64,000 bases of DNA, from positions 5,208,001 through 5,272,000 of the forward strand of contig OY740783.1 in NCBI GenBank assembly GCA_963514005.1, read 5' to 3'. Below the pieces are notes generated by a model. It did no database searches. It saw nothing but the letters and a program-made list of their open reading frames with translations, and was not told the origin of the DNA. Positions within the stretch are counted from its first letter, which is position 1; each line of letters opens with the position of its first letter. The stretch comes from Raja brachyura. Lineage: Eukaryota. The position numbers and the translations under genes were made by a program. Below, piece after piece: positions 13,578 through 24,939 of this stretch.

Positions 13578-14797
13578 AGATTAAGTCGGACCCGTTGGGT
13601 CCCAGCATCACATGGGAGGGCTGGTCCCCCAATGCAATATTCCACCTCTTCACCAATTCCAATATTGGTGGGCAGTGGGGGTGGGGGCTTTCTGGAGCGC
13701 TAGTATGGGTGTTGTGGGCTGAAGGGACTGGTTTCCAGAGGGCTAGTATGGAGATTGTGGCCGAATGGATTCTTGGGCTGGCAGCTCAGTCACTCAAGCT
13801 TAGTGTGCTGGCCGCTCACTCACTCATGGCTGGTGGGCTGGCAGTTGACTCACGGCTATTCCTTGAAATTCCATTTCAAGCAGGGTGCAAGGCCAGCAAA
13901 CTCAAGTGCAGTTTCCCACCACTTCAAGCAGGGTGCAAGACCACCAAACTCAAGTGCAGTTTCCTACCACTTGAAGCAGGGTGCAAGCGTACAAAACTCA
14001 AGTGCAGTTTCCTGCCACTTCAAGCAGGGTGGACGGCCACCAAAGACAGAGAGTCGTGACCTCTCTCTCCCCCATCTTGCAGAGACTGAGCTACGCCCAC
14101 ACTTTTGGGATTTATAGTTCCTCCCCCATCCCACCGGAAGGGGCATGGCATTAATGGCATGATTGACGAGAGAATCTCAACATTTTTTAAACACTAATAA
14201 CTCTTTTATTTTTCATCGATGGGAAAAATCCCCAGCACCTGATGAGCAGCAGGGGACTAGTAAGATGGCCAAAAATCACAGCTGTACGTGGCAGCGTTTT
14301 TTCTAAAATCAATTAGACTTTTAATTATATAGATTTTCAAACCACATTTTCATTTTCAAACCAACCACATTTTCATTTTCAAACTTAATTTTAAACCACA
14401 TTAAGGGCACTCACAGGTCAGTAAAACCACACTCACAGTTTAGTAGACATGTGTTGTGTTATTCACAGCTCAGACTGAGAGTCATGACCTCTCGCTCCCC
14501 CATCTTGCAGAGACTGAGGCATGTCCACACATGTCCGGGTGTTATAGTCCCTCCCACTCCCGCCGGAAGGGGCGTGGCCTTTATGGCATGATCAACAGGA
14601 GAGAGCATCTCAACATTTTTTAAACTCTAATGTCTTTTATTTTTCGTCGATGGGAAATATCCTCTTGTCCTGCGCAGCGGAGGAGGATTCTGAGTAAGAT
14701 GGCCAAGAAATACAGCCATAAGTGGTGGCATTTTTTCTAAAATCAATATGCAGTGTAAACAGGAAGTGGTCAAGTTTAGACTTTTAATTATATAGAT
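13578..14797 (+). mobile_element. Non-autonomous repeat, possibly Helentron/HINE-like, with internal 48-bp tandem array (about 13875-14040) and a duplicated 3' part (about 14050-14335 and 14480-14797)
   Basis: The tandem TTCAAGCAGGGTGCAAGG... unit is seen directly. Both duplicated blocks end in GACTTTTAATTATATAGAT. The family assignment is inference. Confidence 0.5.
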
Positions 14798-16191
14798 GTC
14801 GGGGGGGGGGGGGCGAAGAGAGGGGGTGCATGATGTGGGGGGGGGGGGGAGGAGAGGAGGGAGGGGATAGTCAGCATACACTGAGTCACACTTTTGTTCT
14901 TTCACAACAGGAGTGTGTGAGTGCACAAGGGGAAATTGAGTCTTTACTCAAGAAAGGGGTAATTGAGAGGTCGAGTCATGAGCCTCACCAGTTTGTGTCC
15001 AATATATTTACTAGGCAAAAGAAGGATGGAGGATGTCGAATCATTCTTGATTTATCTGAGCTTAACAACTTTGTGCAGTATAAACACTTCAAAATGGAAA
15101 ACTTTGTCACTGCCAAACAACTGGTTTCCAAAGGATGTTACATGGCATGCATTGACCTCAAAGATGCTTACTATTCAGTGGCCATTCATGAAGACCACAA
15201 GAGATATTTGAAGTTTAGCTGGATGGAGCAATTGTGGAAGTTTAAAGCATTGCCTAATGGGTTAATCTCAGCGCCCAGACTATTCACAAAATTGCTAAAA
15301 CCAGTCCCGGGGCTACTCAGGGCACAGAATCATATAGTCATGGCATATTTGGATGACATCTTAATCATTGGGAAAACTTTGGAATTAGCTGAATTATCTG
15401 TGTCAGCTACCAAACTCATGTTTGAGAGACTGGGGTTTCTAATCCATTCAGTTAAGTCTAAATTGGTACCATCTAGGATAATTAATTATTTGGGATTCAC
15501 CATTAACTCAATGCAAATTGGGGCAAGCAATTAAAGTTAATCGAAGCCTGCAGAAACCTCGTTGTTAAGAACCTTCTATTAGACATGTGGCTAGTATAAT
15601 TGACAAATTAGTGGCTGCTTTCCCAGCTGCTCAGTTCGGGCCTTTGCACTTCCAAAATTTACAGCGGGCAAAGGAGCAGGCACTCAAGCTTCATAGAGGT
15701 CGCTTTGATAGGCCTATGCAGTTGCCAGCTGAAGCCATTGCTGAGATACAATGGTGGGTTACCAATATTTAGTAGTGTTCTATTACTATTTTAGTTGATA
15801 CACCATAAGTTATCCTGCAAACTGATGCCAGTGCGCTAGGTTGGGGTGCTACCAACACCACCTCTAGCTGCGGGAGCAGATGGAATCTGCAGGAATCATC
15901 GATGCTTCAGTCACATGGTATTAACTACTTTGAATTGTTGGGAGCACTCTAAGGGTTAAAGGCTTATTGTACCCATATGCATCATGTGCATGTTCAATTT
16001 CAGATTGACAACACTACAGCAGTAGCATACATTAATCACATGAGTGGAAGTAAGTCTGTATCCTGTGATAAATTGTCTAATCTAATTTGGCCCTGGTGTA
16101 TTACGAGAAACATCTGGGTTTCAGCAATCTACTTACCAGGTAGATATAACATGATGGCAGACACCAGGTCACGACAATTCAATTACAACAA

Positions 16192-19100
16192 TAAGTATAT
16201 ATATTTAATAGAGTAATTTGGGAGTAAGATGTCAGTGGAGATTGGTCCTGTGGTTTGCTCAGCCTGCAACATGTGGGAGATCAGGGATATGGTCGGTGTC
16301 CCTGATGACTACATTTGCAGGAAGTGTGTCCAGCTGCAGCTCCTGGCAGACCGCATTGAACGATTGGAGCTGCGGCTGGATTCATACTGGAGCATCCACG
16401 ATGCAAAGAAAGTCGTGGACAGCACATACAGCGAGTTGGTCACGCCACAGTTAAAAGGTAAGAGGACAGAAAGGGAGCGGGTGGCCAATAGCCAGCAAAG
16501 CAGTAGGCAGATAGTGCAGGAGTCCCCTGCGGTCATCTCCCTACTCAACAGGTTTACCATTTTGGATACTGTTGAGGGAGATGGCTCATCAGGGGAATGC
16601 AGCAGCAGCCAAGTTCATGGCACCATGGGTGGCTCTGCAGCACATGATGGGGGAAAAAAGAGGGGAAGGGCTAATGTAATAGGGGATTCAATTGTCAGGG
16701 GAATAGATAGGCGTTTCTGCGGCCGCAAAAGAGACTCCAGGATGGTATGTTGCCTCCCTGGTGCAAAAGTCAGGGATGTTACTGAACGGCTGCAGAACAT
16801 TCTGGAGGGGGAGGGTGAACAGCCAGTTGTCGTGGTGCATATTGGCACCAACGATATAGGGGAAAAAAGGGATGAGGTCCTACAAGGTGAATTTAGGGAG
16901 CTAGGAGATAAACTCAAAAGTAGGACCTCAAAGATAATAATCTCTGGATTATTACCAGTACCACGGGCCAGTCAGAGTAGAAATAGGAGGATATTGCAGA
17001 TGAATACGTGGCTTGAAAAATGGTGCAAGGGAGAGGGATTCAAATTTTTAGGGCACTGGAACCATTTCTGGGGGAGGTGGGACCAGTACAAACAGGACGG
17101 TCTGCACCTGGGCTGGAATGGAACCAATGTCCTTGGGGGAGTGTTTGCTAGTGCTGTCGGGGAGGATTTAAACTAATGTGGCAGGGGGATGGGTACAAGA
17201 GCAGAGAGGCAGGTGGGTGTAAAACGAGGGTGGAAGCAATAGGGAGCAAGGTGAAAAGTAAAAGTGGCAGGCAGACAAAACCAGGGCAAAAATCAAAAAG
17301 GGCCACTTCTCAACAAAATTGTATAAGGGGTAAGAGCTTTGTAAAAACAAGCCTGAAGGCCTTGTGTCTAAATGCAAGGAGTATTCGTAATAAGGTGGAT
17401 GAGTTGAACGTGCAGATAGCTATTAATGAGTATGATATAGTTGGGATCACGGAGACATGGCTCCATGGTGACCAAGGCTGGGAGCTGAACATCCAGGGAT
17501 ATTCAATATTCAGGAGGGATAGAGAGAAAGGAAAAGGAGGTGGGGTAGCGTTGCTGGTTAGAGAGGAGATTAACGCAATGGAAAGGAAGGACATTAGCTT
17601 GGAGCATGTGGAATCAGTATGGGTAGAGCTGCGAAACACTAAGGGGCAGAAAACGCTAGTGGGAGTTGTGTACAGGCCACCTAACAGTAGTAGTGAAGTT
17701 GGGGATGGTATAAAACAGGAAATTAGAAATGCGTGCGACAAAGGCAAAACAGTTATAATGGGTGACTTCAATCTACATATAGATTGGGTGAATCAAATTG
17801 GCAAGGGCGCTGAGGAAGAGGATTTTTTGTAAAGTATGAGGGATAGTTATCTAAATCAACATGTAGAGGAACCAACGAGAGAGCAGGCTATTTTAGACTG
17901 GGTATTGAGTAATGAGGAAGGGTTAGTTAGCAGTCTTATTGTGCGTGCCCCCTTGGGCAACAGTGACCATAATATGGTCGAGTTCTTCATTAGGATGGAG
18001 AGAGACATTGTTAATTCAGAAACAATGGTTCTGAACTTAAGGAAAGGTAACTTTGAGGGTATGAGACGTGAATTGGCCAAGAGTGACTGGCAATCAATTC
18101 TAAAAGGGTTGACGGTGGATACGCAATGGAAGACATTTAAAGACTGCATGGATGAACTACAAAAATTGTTCATCCCAATTTGGCAAAAGAATAGATCAGG
18201 GAAGGTAGTGCATCCGTGGATAACAAGGGAAATCAGGGATAGTATCAAAGCAAAGGATGATGCGTACAAAGTAGCCAGAAAAAGCAGCATACCAGCCGAC
18301 TGGGAGAAATTCAGAGACCAGCAGAGAAGGACAAAGGGCTTGATTAGGAAAGGAAAAATAGATTATGAAAGAAAACTGGCAGGGAACATAAAAACTGACT
18401 GCAAAAGTTTTTATAGATATGTGAAGAGAAATAGATTAGTTAAAACAAATGTAGGTCCCTTGCAGTCAGAAACAGGTGAGTTGATCATGGGGAACAAGGA
18501 TATGGCGGACCAATTGAATAACTACTTTGGTTCCGTCTTCACTAAGGAAGACATAAATAATCTGCCGGAAATAGCAGGGGACCGCAGGTCAAAGGAGTAC
18601 TTGAGTGAAATCCAGGTTAGTCGGGAAGTGGTATTGGGTAAATTGAATGGATTAAAGACCGATAAATCCCCAGTGCCAGATAGGCTGCATCCCAGGGTAC
18701 TCATGGAAGTAGCTCCGGAAATAGTGGATGCATTAGTCATAAACTTTCAAAACTCTTTAGATTCTGGAGTAGTTCCTGAGGATTGGCGGGTAGCAAACGT
18801 AACCCCTCTTTTTAAGAAGGGGGGAAGAGAGAAAATGGGGAATTACAGACCAGTTAGTCTAACATCGGTAGTGGGGAAACTGCTAGAGTCAGTTATTAAA
18901 GATGGGATAGCAGCACATTTGGAAAGTGGTGAAATCATTGGACAAAGTCAGCATGGATTTACGAAAGGTAAATCATGTCTGACGAATCTTGTGAAATTTT
19001 TTGAGGATGTAACTAGTAGCGTGCATGGGGGAGAACCAGTGGATGTGGTGTATCTAGACTTCCAGAAGGCTTTCGACAAGGTCCCACATAAGCGATTAGT

Positions 19101-20247
19101 ATATAAACTTAAAGCATATGGCATTGAGGGTTCAGTATTGATGTGGATAGAGAACTGGCTGGCAAACAGGAAGCAAAGAGTAGGAGTAAACGGGTCGTTT
19201 TCACAATGGCAGGCAGTGACTAGTGGGGTACCGCAAGGCTCAGTGCTGGGACCCCAGCTATTTACAATATACATAAATGATCTGGATGAGGGAATTGAAG
19301 GCAATATCTCCAAGTTTGCGGATGACACTAAGCTGGGGGGGCAGTGTTCGCTGTGAGGAGGATGCTAGGAGAATGCAAGGTGACTTGGATAGGCTGGGTG
19401 AGTGGGCAAATGTTTGGCAGATGCAGTATAATGTGGATAAATGTGAGGTTATCCACTTTGGTGGCAAAAATAGGAAAACCGACTACTATCTAAATGGTGG
19501 CCGATTAGGAAAAGGGGAGATGCAGCGCGACCTGGGTGTCGTGGTACACCAGTCATTGAAAGTAGGCATGCAGGTACAGCAGGCAGTGAAGAAAGCCAAT
19601 GGTATTTAGCTCATAGCAAAAGGATTTGAGTATGGGAGCAGGGAGGTTCTACTTCAGTTGTATAGGGTTTTGGTGAGGCCACACCTGGAGTATTGCGTAG
19701 AGTTCTGGTCTCCAAATCTGAGGAAGGACATTATTGCCATAGAGGGAGTGCAGCGAAGGTTCACCGGACTGATTCCTGGGATGTCAGGACTGTCCTATGA
19801 ACAAAGACTGCATAGACTCGGTTTATACTCTCTAGAATTTAGGAGATTGAGAGGGGATCTTATAGAAACTTACAAGATTCTTAAGGGGTTGACAGGCTAG
19901 ATGCAGGAAGATTGTTCACGATGTTGGGGAGGTCCAGGACAAGGGGTCACAGCTTAAGGATAAGGGGGAAATTCTTTAGGACCGAGATGAGAAGGACTTT
20001 TTTCACACAGAGAGTGGTGGGTCTCTGGAACTCTCTGCCACAGAGGGTAGTTGAGGCCAGTTCATTGGCCATATTTAAGAGGGAGTTAGATGTGGCCCTT
20101 GTGGCTAAGGGGATCAGAGCCTATGGAGAGAAGGCAGGTACGGGATACTGAGTTGGATGATCAGCCATGATCATATTGAATGGCGGTGCAGGCTCGAAGG
20201 GCCGAATGGCCTACTCCTGCACCTAATTTCTATGTTTCTATGTTTCT
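16192..20247 (+). mobile_element. Near full-length CR1 LINE with AACAA target-site duplication. ORF2 (17176-20151) is disrupted by a stop and frameshifts.
   Basis: ORF1 plus APE-RT ORF2, (TTTCTATG)n tail, AACAA at 16187-16191 and 20248-20252. Confidence 0.95.
16229..17176 (+). CDS. CR1 ORF1 protein: zinc-finger/leucine zipper plus SGNH esterase-like domain
   Basis: CxxC...CxxC followed by a leucine heptad, then GDS, GTND and DGLH motifs. Confidence 0.88.
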   Translation: MSVEIGPVVCSACNMWEIRDMVGVPDDYICRKCVQLQLLADRIERLELRLDSYWSIHDAKKVVDSTYSELVTPQLKGKRTERERVANSQQSSRQIVQESPAVISLLNRFTILDTVEGDGSSGECSSSQVHGTMGGSAAHDGGKKRGRANVIGDSIVRGIDRRFCGRKRDSRMVCCLPGAKVRDVTERLQNILEGEGEQPVVVVHIGTNDIGEKRDEVLQGEFRELGDKLKSRTSKIIISGLLPVPRASQSRNRRILQMNTWLEKWCKGEGFKFLGHWNHFWGRWDQYKQDGLHLGWNGTNVLGGVFASAVGEDLN

Positions 20248-20388
20248 AACAAGGAATGAATGTTGAATCACAAAGTGTTTAATGACATTGTCATTCGTAA
20301 TTTACAAATTAGCCAGAAAAAGCAGCCTACCAGAGGACTGGGAGAAATTCAGTCCAGCAGAGGAGGACAAAGGGCTTAATTAGGAAAG

Positions 20389-21965
20389 TCAAGTCAAACA
20401 AACTTTATTGTCATTTAGAAATACATCGATATATGCAATTCCAAAAAACGAAATTCCATTGCATTTGGCTCCCTGTGCAACACAAAAATTAAAAAGGGTA
20501 AAATGGAAAAAAAATGGATAAAAGGATAAAAGGATAAAATAGACAATGGTGGCAGCCCTTTACATGGCATTCAGGAGTCTGATGGTTCGTGGGAAGAAAC
20601 TGTTGCAGAAACTTGATGTTCTGCTCCGTAAGCTACGATATCTTTTGCCCGAGAGCAGCAGAATGAACAGTCCGTGATGGAGATGTGTGGGGTCTTTTAT
20701 AATACTGCTGGCCTTAGACTCGCAACGTTTGTTCGCAATATCCCCAATTGAGGGGAGAGAAGTCCCAATTATTTTTTCCGCTGTCCTCACCACTCTCTGC
20801 ACGGACTTCCAGTCAGAGACTTTACAGTCCCCAAACCAGACAGAGATACAGCTGGTCAAAATACTCTCTATGGTGCCCCTGTAGAAAGTGGTGAGGATGG
20901 GATGGGGGAGGTGAGCTCTTCTCATCCGGCGCAGAAAGTGCAACTGCTGCTGCGCTCTCTTAACTGTTGATGAGATGTTATTTGACCAGGTCAGACTGTT
21001 AGTGATCTGCACCCCCAGGAACTTAGTGCTACTGACCACCTCCACATCGCTGTCATTGATGTGAAGTGGTGTGGGACTATGCCGGTTTTTCCTGAAGTCG
21101 ATGATGACCTCCTTTGTTTTTTCGACATTCTGGATCAGGTTGTTCGTATTGCACCAGTCCCCCAGTTGTTTCACCTCCTCCCTGTAAGCCAGCTCATTGT
21201 CGTCCTGGATGAGGCCCACCACTGTAGTGTCATCTGCGTACTTCATGGTGTGGTTTGTACTAAACCTGGCACAACAGTCGTGGGTCATCAGGGTAAACAG
21301 CAGTGGACTCAGGACACAGCCATGAGGGGAGCCGGTGCTCAGAGAGATGATGTTAGAATTGTTATTTCCAACCCTCACTGACTGGGGTCTGTCAGTGAGG
21401 AAGTCCAGTAGCCAGTTACACATGGGGGTGCTGAGGCCCAATGGAACCAGTTTGCTTATCAGGTGCTGAGGGATAATTGTGTTGAATTCTGAACTAAAAT
21501 CCACGAACAGCATTCGCACATAAATGTTCTTCTCCTCTAGATGTTCCAGGCTCAGATGGAGTAAGGAGGATATAACGTCCTCTGTGGAGCGGTTTGGCCA
21601 GTAAGCAAACTGGTATGGGTCAAGTGTGGAGGGGAGTCTGGAGGTAATATGGTCCCTGACCAGCCTCTTGAAGCACTTCATCATTATGGGAGTGAGTGCT
21701 ACAGGGCGGTAGTCATTGAGACATTGCATATTGGATTTTCTTGGCACTGGTATGATGGTGGCAGTCTTGGGACACGATGGGACAACAGCCTCGTTCCGCG
21801 AGGTGTTAAAGGACATGTGCCAGCTGATCAGCACATTTCCTGAGCACCCGCCCTGTTATGTTATCAGGGCTTGCCGCCTTTCATGTGTCCACCCCTTTTA
21901 GGGTCCTCCGGACATCCACCATGTCAAGACTGAGTGCTTGTTCATCACAGTGAGGAACTCAGTGA
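20389..21965 (-). mobile_element. Rex1/Babar-type LINE fragment with GAAAG duplication
   Basis: RT ORF 20560-21834 ([16 protein letters not shown]). GAAAG at 20384-20388 and 21966-21970. Confidence 0.9.
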
Positions 21966-22287
21966 GAAAGGGAAAATAGATTATGAAAGAAAACTGGAAA
22001 CGAACATAAAAAATGACTGCAAAGGTTTTTATCGATATGTGAAGAGAAAAAGGTTAGATAAAACAAATGTAGGTCCCTTGCAGTCAGAAACTGGTGAATT
22101 GATCATGCGGAACAAGGACATGGCAGACCTATTGAATAACTACTTTGGTTCTGCCTTCACTAAGAAAGACATAAATAATCTGCTGGAAATAGCAGGGGAC
22201 CGGGGGTCAAATGAGATGGAGAAACTGAGTGAAATCCAGTTTAGACGGGAAGTGGTGTTTGGTAAATTGAATGGATTAAAGGCCTAT

Positions 22288-23715
22288 AACCATATAACAA
22301 TTACAGTATGGAAACAGGCCCTCTCGGCCCTTCCAGTCCGTGCCGACCATATAGTTTCCCCGAGTCTCATCTACCTGCACTCAGACCATACCCCTCCATT
22401 CCCTTCCCGTCCACATACCTATCTACTTTACTTTTAAATGTTAAAATCGAACCTGCCTCCACCACTTCTGCTGGAAGCTCATTCCACACAGACACCACTC
22501 TCTGAGTAAAGAAGTTCCCCCTCATGTTACCCCTAAACTTCTGTCCCTTAATTCTAATGTCATGCCCTCTTGTTTGAATCTACCCTACCCTCAATGGGAA
22601 AAGCTTATCCACGTCAACTCTGTCTATCCCTTTCATCATTTTAAAGACCTCAATCAAGTCCCCCGCTAGCCTTCTGCGCTCCAAAGAATAAAGACCTAAC
22701 TTGTTCAACCTTTCTCTGTAACTTAGTTGCTGGAACCCAGGCAACATTCTAGTAAATCTCCTCTGTACTCTCTCTATTTTGTTGACATTCTTCCTATAAT
22801 TAGGCAACCAAAATTGTACACCATACTCCAGAATTGGTCTTACCAATGCCTTGTACAATTTTAACATTACTTCCCAACTCCTATATTTAATGCTCTGATT
22901 TATAAAGGCCAGTACACCAAAAGCTTTCTTTACCACCCTATCTACATGCGATTCCACCTTCAGGGAACTATGCACAGTTATTCCTAGATCCCTCTCTTCC
23001 ACAGCATTCCTCAATTCCCTACCATTTACCATGTACATCCTATTTTGATTTGTCCTGCCAAGATGTAGCACCTCACAATTATCAGCATTAAACTCCATCT
23101 GCCGTCTTTCAGCCCACTTTTCCAAATGGCCCACATTCTCTGTAGACTTTGAAAATCTACTTTGTTATCCACAACACCACCTATCTTAGTATCATCTGCA
23201 TACTTACTTATCCAATTTTCCACCCCATCATCCAGATCATTGATGTACATGCCAAACAACAGTGGACCCAACACCGATCCCTGAGGCACCCCACTGGTCA
23301 CCGGCTGCCAACCTGACAAACAGCCATCCACCATTATTCTCTGACATCTCCCATTCAGCCACATTTGAATCCATCTTGCTACTCTGCCATTAACACCCAA
23401 AGATTGAACCTTCTTAACCAACCTTCCATGGGGAACCTTGTCAAAGGCCTTACTGAAATCCATATAGACAACATCCACTGCTTTACCCTCATCAATTTCC
23501 CTAGTAACCTCTTCAAAAAATTCAAGAATGTTTGTCAAACATGACCTTCCAGGCACAAATCCATGTTGACTGTTATTGATCGGACCCTGTTTATCCAGAT
23601 GCTTATATATATTATCTCTAACTTTCCATTAATTTGCCCACCACTGACGTCAAACTAACAGGTCTATAGTTGCTAGGTTTATTCTTTGATCCCTTTTTAA
23701 ACAATGGAACAACAT
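22288..23715 (-). mobile_element. CR1-clade LINE of a second subfamily, 5' truncated and frameshifted
   Basis: Motifs [21 protein letters not shown] and LGLYSLERRRL, with a different 3' tail. Confidence 0.88.
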
Positions 23716-24366
23716 CCCCAGGATAAATCCAGAACAGTGGAACAACATCCCCAGGATCAATGGATAAATCCCCAGGGCAAAGATAGGCTGCATCCCAGAG
23801 TACTTAAGGAAGTAGCCCCAGAAATAGTGGATGCATTAGTGATAATTTTTCAAAACTCTTTAGATTCTGGAGTAGTTCCTGAGGATTGGAGGGTAGCTAA
23901 TGTAACCCCACTTTTAAAAAATGGAGGGAGAGAGAAAACGGGGAATTACAGACCAGTTAGTCTAACATCGGTAGTGGGGACAATGCTAGAGTCAGCTATT
24001 AAAGATGGGATAGCAGCACATTTGGAAAGTGGTGAAATCATTGGACAAAGTCAGCATGGATTTATGAAAGGTTAATCATGTCTGACGAAACTTATAGAAT
24101 TTTTCGAGTACGTAACCAGTAGAGTGGATAAGGGAGAACCTGTGGATGTGTTATATCTGGACTTTCAGAAGGCATTTGACAAGGTCCCACATAAGAGATT
24201 AGTATACAAATGGAAAGCACATTGTATTGGGGGTTCAGTATTGATGTGGATAGCGAACTGGCTGGCAGACAGGAAGCAAAGAGTAGGAGTAAACAGGTAA
24301 TTTTCAGAATGACACGCAGTGTCTAGTGTGGTACCGCAAGGCTCAGTGCTGGGCCACTTTGGTGGC

Positions 24367-24939
24367 TGTTAGGTACTTCCCCTCCCCCTCTGGTGAATGC
24401 GATGGACTTACCTTTCTGTTTCTCTGCAGGCCGTGGCTGGGAGCCAGGAATCAAGGGGTTAAGAGCTTCTGTACCTGATTGGCCAAGCTACGTCAGGTGA
24501 CTCATCGGTAGCTTAAAAGGCAGACGCTCCCAGAATTCTCTCTCTTCGTGCTAGATCCCTGAAGGAAGAGGTGCCGGTCTGAGCTGCAGGAGGCCTGGCC
24601 GCATGGCAGAGCACTTTGTATATTTGTCGCATATATTTGCAAATTAATGTTGTCTTGGGATGGTAGGGATGACCTGAGAGTTTTCAGGTATTTTTGGTTG
24701 CAGGGTTTTGTCTATATAGGCAGGATTAGGGTCTTCAGTCCGATGGCCCATTGAGAGGCTGGCTGGAGCACACTTATATATTATTTGTCAGCCAATTCTG
24801 GTCCTTGACCGTGTTGTTTAAATCAGCTTTGTGTTTTGTCTTAGTTTAACACAATTAAAGACTTTTTTTAATCTTAAACTTGACCCTGGTTTTGATTTGT
24901 TACGCAACTCTGAGGAACCTGCCTTCGGGGGTCGTAACA
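24367..24939. mobile_element. Solo LTR (573 bp) with 5-bp target-site duplication
   Basis: TGTTA...TAACA termini. GTGGC duplicated at 24362-24366 and 24940-24944, and removing the insert restores the CR1 sequence CACTTTGGTGGCAAAAAC. Confidence 0.88.
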
